A stretch of 64,000 nt of DNA from Lama guanicoe. Its lineage: Eukaryota. Positions within the stretch are counted from its first letter, which is position 1. Every line of letters begins with the position of its first letter. The stretch covers positions 496,001-560,000 of the forward strand of contig MU053758.1 of the NCBI GenBank assembly GCA_013239625.1, in the 5' to 3' direction. Both the position numbers and the translations under genes were made by a program. Below the pieces are notes generated by a model that did not search any database, had not been told where the DNA came from, and saw only the letters and a program-made list of their open reading frames with translations. Below, in pieces: positions 1-10,775 of this stretch.

Positions 1-287
1 GGTTGGGGGTCGCAGGAGGCTCAGGGGTCCGGAGTGTCTGCCGGGAGGCTCCCAGCAGGACACAAAGGCGTCTGCGGGGCTGGAGGGAGGGCCGGCTCAG
101 CCCAGGCAGGCGGGGAGGCTAGGACTCCTGGGTCGTCCTGGGACTTCAGCCCCTAACTCCTATAGAGCCCAGGGAGGATGCTGAGTCTCACTTTCTCTAT
201 ATGGGAACCTCAGGCTTCCTCAGGGCTGAAAGAGGTATGTGAGGAGTGACCACTACTCATTACAGCAACTGCTCTTTTGTTGTTGTT

Positions 288-382
288 GGGGGAGGTAATT
301 AGTTTTACTTATTTTTATTTTTGGAGGAGGTACTGGGGATTGAACTCAGAACCTCATGTGTTCTAAGAATGTGCTACCCTTC
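288..382 (-). mobile_element. tRNA-derived camelid SINE (Vic-1-like), degenerate
   Basis: GGAGGTACTGGGGATTGAAC core with GGAGGTAATTAG tail, shared with eight other copies in the window. Confidence 0.75.
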
Positions 383-444
383 TCTTTTCAAATAAAATCG
401 GGTGGCTTATCGTTCACCAGAAACAGATTCACATACAGAAACAC

Positions 445-560
445 AAATAGCGCTCACGTTTATTCAGTTTATAAAATGCTTTCATTTGCGAAATCTCATT
501 TAATCTTCACAGCATTCCTGTGAGGTAGGAATTATAGAGCTCAGGAGGAGACAGATACTT
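445..560 (-). mobile_element. MIR SINE fragment
   Basis: ATCTCATTTAATCTTCACAGCATTCCTGTGAGGTAGG is a typical MIR core. Confidence 0.65.
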
Positions 561-984
561 TTCACAGACAAGGAGGCTTAATCCTACCTCATCTGCCAAC
601 AGTTGAGGTTTATGGTAGGTCACAGGCAGATGCAAATACATGTACAGAAAATGGGAGAACACGCTCATATGTTAGTAAATAGGGTATTCAGACCTGTTCC
701 TTGGGATCTAGTAGATGCTAAATAAATTGTAGAGTAAAACAAAAACAAAGGTCCCATAGTACTTATTGGTACTGAAATGAAGCACAACTGGTGAACTTCT
801 CCAGGGCAAGGTTTGAGTTGGTCATCTCTGCATTCCACAGCAATGCAGAGTTACATGCTTTTAGCTACCTACTTCTGTGGACATGAATAAGAACACTGTA
901 TATCCAAAAAGTATAGTGGCAGGCAATGTTGCTCTGAATCTTCAAGTTTTTGTACTTAGTCATTTTTTCTTCTAAAAAACAGAG

Positions 985-1485
985 ATAAGCTGATGTACAC
1001 TGAAGAAATATCCAGTGTATCTCTTGAATTTTTACACAGTGAACACACTTACTTTACTAGCACATAGACTGAGATCGAGAACATTTCCAGCACCCGAGAA
1101 GGCTTCCTCATGTCCCTCCCAGAGAGGAGCCCCCCTCCCCAGGGTAATCTCTTCTGACCTCTATCGCCATAGATGGATTTTGCCTATTCTTGAACTGCAT
1201 AGAAATAGACTCATACAAAAGTTACTCTTTTGTGTCTGGCTTCTTTCACCTACATATCTGTACAATTCATCCATGTTATGTGTAGCAGTGCTTTTTAAAA
1301 ATGCTGTGTAGTAGTCCATTCTTTAATTATAGTATGATTTATTTAACCATTCTATTGATGGACATTTGGGTTGTTTCTATTTTTGAGCTATAGTAAGTAA
1401 AGCTGCTTTGGACATTTTAGCACATGCCTATTGATAAATATACATTTATTTCTTTTGGGTGTATTCCCAGGAATGGAATTGATTT
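985..1485 (-). mobile_element. Ancient L1M 3'-end fragment
   Basis: TGTGTCTGGCTTCTTTCAC...GATGGACATTTGGGTTGTTTC...CCCAGGAATGGAATTG, characteristic of antisense L1 3' ends. Confidence 0.8.
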
Positions 1486-3099
1486 ATCTGTTTTTTTGAA
1501 TTTAGGGATCTAGTCTTGCCTGTGTTGTCATCTACCAAGCAAAAACCAGTAAAAAAATTTTTTTCTAGTCTTTAGGTAAAAACCCTGGCTATTCTGCCTT
1601 ACCTAATTAGACAAGCAAGAGGCTGTGATAAGAAACTGGAAAGCATTGAAGAGACATCTCCTACCCTTTCTCTCATGCTGTTTTCAAATACAATAAAATC
1701 CAGTGAGGATTTCATGCTTGGTGTCTTCAATTATTAGCAATGTTCATTGAGGGTGATCTGTAATCTCCACTACAGCCCTACAGCTTGGGGCAACTGCAGT
1801 TTGCCTGGGTCCTTTCCCAAAAGATGGCTCAAGTTCAGGTACAGGTTGCTGTGGGGGCATGGCTGAGCCTACCTAGAGTGAAGGGTGGTCTGTTCTATAA
1901 AATTGTCTTGACCCTGGTGTAGAATGGAAAAGTTCCTGTATTCTCCAGAAAAAAAAAAACCCAAAACTGTGAGTTCTAGAAAAAGTGAACCCCGAAGGAT
2001 CAGATTTGGGTGGGGCAATGAGGAAAACAGAAAACCTCTGAAGATAGACTTGTGAGACAAATTAGTTAGTCTTCTGCATTGCACTGCACAATGGGCCCCA
2101 ACTGAGGGGCCTCAAGCAATTCCTCCAGTGGTTGGGGCTCTCTCTCCCATCCCTTTTTCCTTCTAAGGAAGTGTAAAGCCCAGAGGAAGCAGAAAGAGGT
2201 CCTGGGCTTTCTGGACACTCAGCTTGGGTGGGAGTATGCCAGGGCCTGGGTGAGTTTCATGGGCCTCTTGGAACACAGGAGGAGGACTGAAGGGCAGAGA
2301 GGCTGGGCAGGCACCTTCACATAAGCCAGGCTTCTGAGTTCTTGGGGTCCAGAATCCCCAAAAGTAGTTCATGGCCAGTTAGCCAGGCCTGGTTTCCTAG
2401 AAATTCCTTAGATCCCAGAAAGCGGGGGTAGGGGGGTGGGGAGCGGGAGAAAGGGTTTATCTTTTTCAACTGGTACTTCAGGATTTTATAAGATCCTCTC
2501 CCATTCCCTCCTTCAACTTCTCTCTTTCCCTCCTTGTGCTGTTGGCCCTGGGTCTCATCTCGATGACTCTTTCTCTGTCTCTCTCTCCCTGAATATGCAG
2601 GTCATGTACGTCATCTTTCCATAGCTTTGCCTCCACCCTTAAACAGAAATCCAGACCCCTTTTACAGGTCCAGAAGCTCCATTTTCCCTCCAGGTCTGAA
2701 CATTCAGCGTCCCAGGCTCCAGCTCTCATGTCTTCTTTGGAGCTTGTGTCCCCCTCTCTCTCCCTTCCACCTCTCTCTGAGTTTGGAGCCCTCTGGGCAG
2801 TAGCTGGGGTCCCTGGACCCGGGAGCAGCTTATCACTGCGCATCCGTGTTGGGAGTGGCACCTGGAGTGAACTGGGATGCTAGTAGCCGCGACCCAAAGC
2901 AAGAGTCTTCCAGAAATACCCTTTAATTCCTATTTCCCAGCCTCTTCTGGCTCAGGCTCATTCCCAGGTTCCCCTTTCAGGCCCAGAGGGGGGGGCAGCC
3001 CCACCCCCGACTCCCCTTCCCCCCACCAGAGATGGACACTTTATAGGGAGAGCTTTTTATTCTCTCGTTAAACCTGCCAAAGCACAGGAGACAGAGCTA

Positions 3100-3607
3100 G
3101 GGAGGGAGAGGAGGCAACTAGGCGGCCGAGGTGGGGCCGGCTCCATGTCCCCTCTCCCGCCTCCCACTACTCCCCTCCCCCCGACCTAGCTGGGTTGCTC
3201 CAAACTGGAAAGCAGGAAAAGGATACCTCTTTTCTGTTGTTTTTCAAATGCAATAAAAGACAGAGAGGGAGGGAGGGAGGGAGGGAGGGAGGGAGAAGGG
3301 GAGTCGGGAGAGGGAGAACGAGGTAGAGGGGGAGAGAGGGGGAGAGAGAGAGAGAGAGAAAGTATTTTTGCAATTTCTGCCATGAAGATTTTACTAGCTT
3401 CTCTCCGCCAGGCCGCAGCCAATCAGCGCGCGTGCCCGGGCACCTGCGTCTCCTGCGTCAGGACGGCCGGGCTGAGCGAATGCAGGCGCCGAGCGAGCTG
3501 GGAGCGATTTAAAACGCTTTGGATTCCCGGGGCCTGGGTGGGGAGAGCGAGCTGGCTGCCCCCTGTATCCCCCACCCCCAGCACCCCATGAACCGACCCT
3601 CGGCCCG
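3100..3607 (+). promoter_or_regulatory. HOXB13 CpG-island promoter and 5'UTR
   Basis: CpG-rich, with a purine (GGGA/GA)n tract at ~3260-3360 and CCAAT at 3419-3423. The leader from ~3450 resembles the human HOXB13 5'UTR as recalled. Confidence 0.85.
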
Positions 3608-4211
3608 ATGGAACCCGGCAGTTATGCCACCTTGGACGGGGTCAAGGAGATCGAAGGCTTGCTGGGAACGGGAGCGAGTCGGAATCTCGTCGTCCACTCC
3701 CCACTGACCAGCCACCCAGCGGCGGCGCCCACGCTGATGCCCGCTGTCAACTACGCCCCCCTGGATCTGCCAGGCTCCGCGGAACCGCCAAAGCAGTGCC
3801 ACCCATGCCCCGGGGTGCCCCAGGGGGCGCCCCCAGCTCCGGTGCCTTACGGCTACTTTGGAGGCGGGTACTACTCCTGCCGAGTGTCCCGGAGCTCGCT
3901 GAAACCCTGTGCCCAGGGGGCCAGCCTGGCCGCCTACCCTGCGGAGACTCCCGCCTCCGGGGAGGAGTACGCCAGCCGTCCTACCGAGTTTGCCTTCTAT
4001 CCGGGGTACCCGGGACCCTACCAGCCTATGGCCAGTTACTTGGATATGTCGGTGGTACAGACCCTGGGCGGCCCTGGGGAGCCTCGCCACGACTCCCTGC
4101 TGCCTGTGGACAGTTACCAGCCCTGGGCCATTACTGGTGGCTGGAACAGCCAGATGTGTTGCCAGGGAGAGCAGAACCCACCGGGTCACTTCTGGAAGGC
4201 GGCATTCGCAG
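3608..4211 (+). CDS. HOXB13: Homeobox protein HOXB13, coding exon 1
   Basis: MEPGSYATLDG...PYGYFGGGYYSCRVSR...EFAFYPGY...FWKAAFA closely matches the HOXB13 N-terminus. GCAG|GTAAAC donor at 4211/4212, phase 1. Confidence 0.99.
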
Positions 4212-4740
4212 GTAAACTGCCCACTACTCTGGATCCCTTTGGCGCCAAGCGTTGGGTTGTAGGCTGTGCTGGCACTTGCCTGGGAGGAGGTGGAAGGAAA
4301 TTTGGGGCTGGTGAGGAGGAACTTGGTTCTCCTTGGTTGGCTTTTAGGATTCTGAAGGAGTCTAGGCAGTTAGAGAGCCTGGGTGGAGGCCCCAGAGGGT
4401 CAGTGCTGGGTGCTGTCTGAAGCCTGAGGCCCACCTGGCCCCCTGACCTCCACAGGAGACCTTGGAACCAGTCTTTCAACATATCAGAGTGTTTGGCTCT
4501 CTTAGCTGTTGTCTGGGGCTCATGGTGTCCCTGCCCAGTGGGATCCCAGTTTAATTCTACAAAAGGGTTAAATAACTCTCAATTCCTTTAGTGTGGGGGT
4601 GGAGTAGGGTGGGTGGAAACAGAGATATTGGATGCTGTGTAAAGAATGCAACATCTCACTTTCTCTCAGATGAGTTTTTCACTTTCCAAAGGGAAGTTTA
4701 GATTTTTTGCAGCCATGACTTTGGTGTATACATTGGTGCA

Positions 4741-4750
4741 TGTGTGTGTG

Positions 4751-4781
<31 letters not shown>
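4741..4781. repeat. (TG)n microsatellite in HOXB13 intron
   Basis: Interrupted TG run seen directly. Confidence 0.95.
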
Positions 4782-5189
4782 CGGGAGTGGAGGCAGAAAT
4801 GTGTTCCTTCCTATACAGAAATTGCCTGTAGAATCTATGGGTGGCCAAGAGCTGGAAAATGCTCATGAGGGTGGATGTGTGTTGACCGTGGGCAAAGGTC
4901 TGGCTCCGTGAGATGGGTGTGTTTGCAGACTTGCAGGTGTGAGGGCAGTGATGAGTAAAGGTGGCCTGCAGAAACCTCCTCTTTCCAAGGCTGAGGGGTG
5001 ATCGGATAGCCATCTGGATGCTGAGATGTCCTCCTGTGCTTTGGGGGAATGGGAGTGCACGAATGCCTGTAGGGTGGCCTGGGTGCTTCTATGGGATGAC
5101 TTCACTTGTGGGGCCTGGGTCTGCACCTGGGTCTGCACCAGGCGGTGATCTGAGCATGTCTTTCTCTCCCTGCCTCTCCTGCTGCGCAG

Positions 5190-5443
5190 ACTCAAGCACG
5201 CAGCACCCTCCAGATGGCTGCGCCTTTCGCCGCGGCCGCAAGAAACGCATTCCCTACAGCAAGGGGCAGCTGCGTGAGCTGGAGCGTGAGTATTCCGCTA
5301 ACAAGTTCATCACCAAGGACAAGAGGCGCAAGATCTCGGCGGCCACCAGTCTCTCTGAGCGCCAGATTACCATCTGGTTTCAGAACCGCAGGGTCAAGGA
5401 GAAGAAGGTCCTGGCCAAGGTCAAGACAAGCGCTACTCTGTGA
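5190..5443 (+). CDS. HOXB13: Homeobox protein HOXB13, coding exon 2 (homeodomain)
   Basis: Polypyrimidine tract plus CAG acceptor at 5187-5189. [73 protein letters not shown], ending TGA. Spliced CDS is 858 nt = 285 aa. Confidence 0.99.
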
Positions 5444-5820
5444 GGGACACCCAGGCTGGAAGGGAGGGGGAAGTGGGGGTATCCTCGGGAGACTAGGAGC
5501 CTGCCAGGGCCAAGCTGGGGCCCAGGACTCTGATAAGAGGCTCCCAGAGGTGATACATTTCCCAGATCAACACTCCTGGGCTGTTCCTGGACAGCCCGAG
5601 TACTCCATATGTCCCAGAGAGCCAGGGAGGCCCAGAGATACAGTCCAGTCCAACCAGGTAACATCACCTGAAGGACCTGTCCTAGTCATAATCATTCATC
5701 CTGGCAGTGGCAATAATCACCATAACCAGTACCAGTTGCCATGATAATTAGTCTCATATTTTCTATCTAGAGCTCTGTAGAGCACTTTAGAAACCGCTTT
5801 CATGGATTGAGCTGATCATG

Positions 5821-5826
5821 AATAAA
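5821..5826 (+). terminator. Proximal polyadenylation signal of HOXB13
   Basis: First AATAAA after the stop codon (~380 nt downstream), followed by T/GT-rich sequence at ~5868-5878. Confidence 0.65.
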
Positions 5827-7747
5827 TGTGGAAGGAGACAAGTGGCAGGACAGTGTCCTCTGGATTCCCTTTTGTTTCCAAAGCCCATCTCCATCCCAGT
5901 GAGGGTAGAGGAGACAAGAAATAGCAGATTCACCCCTGTGATTACATTGCCCATTTAGCATTTTTCTAAGAAGACGACAGCTAGGCAGGGTGGATAACGA
6001 TGGAGAGTACCTCTCCCTCCCTCCCTGTCCACCCCCTAGTGTGTACCCAATGGTCTCAGAAGTCCCCAGTCCCAGCTCTTCAATTTTGACCGTGTTTGAA
6101 AATGAAGCAAGTAGGTTGGCCTCCCGAATCTGTTCTTCCTTCCAGAGAAATGGGATTTGAGAAAGTGCCTGGATAATTCACCACTTCTCCAAAGCTTTCC
6201 AAGTCCTTCCTTAATGTTCGTGGTGGTTCTGACCTAATCAGGTCATGGTTCATTGGGCATTTGGGAGCTGCGTGAAATAGACATTTGTGGCTTTGTAGAT
6301 GGAGCCCCTCCCAGGCATAAATGGTAACAGAATGAGAGACTAGTATCCTATACTATGGCAGTCACGGCCCAAACACACTGGTATAGCCCAGAAGTAGAAA
6401 AAACAGAATATGGCCCCTTCGCCATCCATTCCTCCTCTGCTTGGCCTCTGGTGACACGCAGAGGAGCTTGCAGGGCTCAGGCCTGCGATGTGGCAGGCCC
6501 TTTTTCAGGTGAAAGAACTACGGGTGGCAGAACCCCAAAAACCCAGTCTCAGAGTGGGGAATGGCAGGCTGCTGGGACAGCAGTGGGCACAGACTTATTT
6601 CCTTTTCACTTTCAGTTCATGTACCCTGAATCTCGGGTGGGTGGAGGGCGGGATGGCGCCAATTGTGTTTTCCGCATCCATGTAGACAGAGACCCATAGT
6701 GCGGAATTCCAGAAACCTGGGGCAGACTGCTTGCGGAGCCAGGAACCCGAACACATGTCCCTGGTTTCGCGTGCCTGGGCCCAGGGCCGGGTGGGACTCA
6801 CTACCTTAGCCATGCAGCAAAGCCAGCATATTTTCGCTGGATCTTCCTGCAGCCTGGGCTGGGGAGGGGATCCCGGCAGACACTCTTCTAGCGCACAGAC
6901 ATCAATCGGAGAGGAGCCGCCGCTGGACGCACGTTCAGAACCACCTAGCAGAGGGCAGGTGGGATGCGAGCGGACCGAGGGGGGCCGCGGCCACGGTCTG
7001 GACGGCCGGTCCATCTCATAGCAGAGTGCTTGTTCTCCAGAAAATCCTGAGTTGGCCGCCTCAGCCAAAGTATTCCGGTATTTCCAGACTGCGATCGGGT
7101 GGGACCCCAGGCCCGGCTCCTCTTCAGGGAAAGAGCTGAGAAGGCTCTACTAAATCTATTTACCAAAGAGGAGTCGGAGGCTGAGGGGAAAGGCTCTGAA
7201 GACAGGCAGTTACTCACTCTCTGTCCCCCTTGGTCTCTTTAGAATGTGTATGCTTTGGAGGGGTTGTCAGATTCCTGATTTAAACAATCCTTTGAAGCCC
7301 TGTGGTCCAGTTTCAGCTCCCCGGTAACGCGCCCCGCTCAGAGGAGGTTGCTTTTGCCTTCCACGTTCCCTTTCAAGCGAAGTCCCAAGGCGAGTCGCTG
7401 TTAACATCGTAGGTTCACAAGGGTAGTGCAAAACCCTCCTTCGCCGCTTCAAAAATGGGAGACTTCAGCGCAGATAGGCATGTGGGTAGAGTGTGGGGCA
7501 AATGCGGGAGAGCGCCATGGTGCCGGCTCCCCACAAGGGGAGGAGAAAGGCCACAAGAGGGGTTGCCACTTGGACTTAACGCGAGATGGCCTAGGTAGAG
7601 GCCTGAAGGAGTCAGGAGCCTCGATAATCTGGACTCCCAGGGCTCTAACTTCTTCACTCTGATATCAGGGGCTTAAAATTTCGGGGCTCCTCTATTATTC
7701 TCTCGCAATAATTTCAGAATGAACAAAAGATTTGGGATTTTAGAGAT

Positions 7748-8086
7748 TTATTTTACTACCAAAGCGTTTGGACTATTAAAAAGACAAGGGCGCCCCCTTC
7801 CGGCAGAAGTTCGCATTTTCAGGGAAGCCCGCCAGGGGCTCGGCTTTAACCCCCTAATCGAGCCTTCTGGTTTCCGGATACATAGGGCCTCAGGGGTTGG
7901 GGAAGTCGGGGCTGCTTGTGAGAGCGCCAGGACCTGGAGTCGCCTGGAATTGGGCCAGGGTACCGGCAAATATATCGGTTCAGCGGCCGAGAGACCCAGG
8001 AGAAAGGCAAGGAGGGCAGCAGGAGCGATTTCGAATTGAGAAAAAAGGGCGGCCAGAGCTCCCCGGGAGCAAGGCTGCGGCGCCAT
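7748..8086 (-). CDS. PRAC2: PRAC2-homologous ORF (112 aa), antisense and convergent to HOXB13; translation unproven
   Basis: LLAFLLGLSAAEPIYLPVPWPNSRR resembles human PRAC2 [25 protein letters not shown] (recalled). Syntenic position and strand. Minus-strand acceptor TTTTTTTTTGCACAG|G at 8211/8210. Minus-strand AATAAA at 7752-7747. Confidence 0.55.
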   Translation of the reverse strand: MAPQPCSRGALAALFSQFEIAPAALLAFLLGLSAAEPIYLPVPWPNSRRLQVLALSQAAPTSPTPEALCIRKPEGSIRGLKPSPWRASLKMRTSAGRGRPCLFNSPNALVVK

Positions 8087-8104
8087 CTGCCCTGGATCCA
8101 GGTC
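8033..8104 (+). other. Diverged sequence homologous to the primate MIR3185 hairpin; probably not a functional miRNA
   Basis: GAATTGAGAAAAAAGGGCGGCCAGAGCTCCCCGGGAGCAAGGCTGCGGCGCCATCTGCCCTGGATCCAGGTC aligns by eye to the recalled hsa-mir-3185 precursor. Only partial stem pairing (AGGGCGG/CTGCCCT). Confidence 0.45.
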
Positions 8105-10203
8105 TCCGTTTCAGTGAAATACTGTATTTATCTTTCTCGCCAGAAATATTCGGGGCGAACCCCTCTCCATCCCCCCTTTCCCCTCCATGAATCATTTACT
8201 TGTTTGGAACCTGTGCAAAAAAAAATTAATTTCGTTTTGTATTAAACTCTTTTATGCAAGCCCTTTCCAAACACCAGTTTCACTCCCGAGGAGAATTATA
8301 CCCTCTCCCACCAAGACCGACCATTTAAAATCTTTCCCTAATTTGTGTTTAAATTACGACAAAATCCAGGTATCTACATTTACTTGCCTGCAGCTATTTG
8401 CTTTTAAAATAGGGCCATTTTAAGCAACAGGAGAGTGTTTTGCTAAATTTATTTACACTGAATTATGTGAATATAACGTTCAAAAATCGGTAAATTTAAA
8501 CAACATCCTCATGGACAAATACACTCAGAGGCCCACAAATATATTCCGGGAGATACACCTGGCGTCCTTTTTGCAGCGAGATGTAATTTTACTCAGGGCT
8601 GTCCTCCGCGCCCTCTTCCTTTCTCCGAGCCAAACATCACCGGTTGAATCTTAGCAAATGTTGAAAAAGGATCGGAGGGTCGCATCTATGCTGGCTCCAG
8701 GATCGAAATCACTTACTTCCAACTCCAAACCAGGTGGATTTTATTAAGGCCTACAGAGGCCGAATTAGGGGTAGTGGCGAAGTGCGTAGGCGAGACCTCC
8801 AGAAGCTCTTTTCGAATCTCCCTTCCCGAAGCAGCCCAGCGGAGTCGAACTCGAGGCCCCAGCTCCAGGGTCCTTTACTCTTGTTGGCAAAAGCTTCCCA
8901 CCAACCCGGAACTCGCGAATCTGCGGCCAGCCGAGGATCTGCACTGCCTTGTCCCCCGCCCCGCCAGCCACCCCTACTCCGAGTGGTTCCAGGACCAGAA
9001 GCTGCCCCTGCGGCAGGAAAAAGGCCCAAATCAAGCCCCCCAGTTCAACAGCAGCGCCGGCTCCCCTCCTCCAACGCGGCACAAACTGCCCTCCCCTCCT
9101 CCAGCTCCCCTCCCCCGCTTCATTAAGATTTTATTCAAGGTCCTAAGTGCTGCAGTTTAGGTTTCCTTCGGGGGAAACCCTCTGTGCCCCCGCCCCCATC
9201 TGGTCTAATGAAAACCCCAGAGCTTCAAACTGTGGTGAATTAAATAAATGAATCCGTTACCGTAAACTTGGAATAAAGCGCAGAGGCAACAGCTGCCGAG
9301 GGGGCGAAAGACGAGGTTCCGTTTTTTTTTTTTTTTGAAAGAAACGTATACCGTATTCTCACCCACTAGAAGAGTCCCTCTATGGTAGAGGGGGTATAAA
9401 GCATGGAGCGGCCCTCGACCTCTCAAACGAGTGGGACATCCCGCCCCTCCCCCTAGGCGCTGGCCTGGGCCTGAAGAGAGATTTTAAAACATCCAATGGG
9501 AAACTGATGCCAGCCTTCCTTCCCCTCCAGGCTACCAGTTACTTTTGTGTAGAAAGCGGGTGGGGGTGGTCGGAGCCGCAGAAGAAGAAAGAGTTCCACC
9601 ACTGGTCCTCCTCCCCTAAATTGCCTCCAAAAATGACAGAGGGCAGCAAGAGTTCAATCACCCTCAGAATGATGCGGAGGGAAAGGCAGCGTCTGTCTGC
9701 GCCCAGAGGTGAGGAGAGGGTCGGGGACTTTGCCATTGAACTTGAAGTTTCAGGTCGGTGGTCGCCGCCGCCCCTACATCCACTCTCCTAAACTCTTTAT
9801 GGTAAGGAGGAGGGACATCTCTTGGCCTTAGGAAAGAAGGAGGAGGCCAAGCGGCCTTGCGAAGGCCAGAGCAATCGGGAGACCGTTCCGAGGCGCCGCG
9901 GTTGGCGGGAAGGCGGGGAGGCCCCGGGTTGCGCTGGGGAGGGGCACTCCATCCTTCGCCGGGCTCTCAGCCGCGAGGTGGGGAGCCTGGGGCTGTGCGC
10001 TCTCTCGCTGAGCCCCGCCCCAGACCCTGCTGGGGGCGGGGGGGAGCACCCAGCGTTGCATTTGCTTCCTTCCTCCTCTAGCCTAAGGTGCGCGAGCAGA
10101 GCCCCGTGCCTCGCCTCTCGGAGCCTGGAAACTTCAGGCCGGCTCCTGCGCAGCTCAGGGCCTTGGGGTCAGCTGAATTCTGGCCTTTGCAGCGAGAGCA
10201 AGA

Positions 10204-10775
10204 GTGTTATACTCCCATTTCTCAGATCAAGACAGGCCCATTTTGCTACTTCCAAGAGTGCTTTTCTCTCTCATAAGGTAAACTAGCTGATTCGTGGGCC
10301 AAGGGCGATACTGCTCTCTCAGTCTGGAACCCGCTCCAGGAGCCCTAGGGGTCCTCCCTGGAATCTGGGAGTCTCCCCGGTCACGGCGGCAGGGAAGGGC
10401 AGGCGTCAGGCTCTTGACTCTGGAAGAAATCATCCCACGGGGCGCCTCCTCGGTTCCAGGAGAGACCGGCAGCCGCCTCGGCAGAAAGGGACAAAGAAAG
10501 CCCTTCGCAGCACGCGGGACCACCGTGGCCTTGGCGGGGGAGAGATTGAGGAGTGAGACCAAGGCCCCCCATAGGACCTTATGTTTGTCTCCGCCTGAAT
10601 GGAATCCTGGTACAGACAAAATTAATATTTTTGTTAAAGTTGTCGTTCTTAAAACTATAATACTTTACACAACAGCTACTTTGAAAACTAAATGAAAATT
10701 AACCATAATCATAAGAATAATGATGATTTACTAAGGCACCCTTAAGGGAAAGGCTCTGGCCCTTTAAAAAATAAA
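10204..10775 (+). pseudogene. PRAC1: Non-coding homolog of human PRAC1 (no ATG, 1-nt indel, no Alu-derived tail)
   Basis: GTG TTA TAC TCC CAT TTC TCA GAT CAA GA- CAG GCC CAT TTT GCT ACT TCC AAG AGT GCT TTT CTC TCT CAT AAG|GTAAAC versus human [25 protein letters not shown]. Exon-2-like ACAGCTACTTTGAAA at ~10672-10686. AATAAA at 10770-10775. Confidence 0.7.

Noticed and set aside
3509..4189. 226-aa antisense ORF over HOXB13 exon 1
   Set aside because: Typical shadow ORF of a GC-rich coding exon.
4212..4420. ORF-track extension of HOXB13 exon 1 to 270 aa
   Set aside because: Read-through into the intron past the GT donor at 4212. The 4961-5189 extension of exon 2 is likewise intronic.
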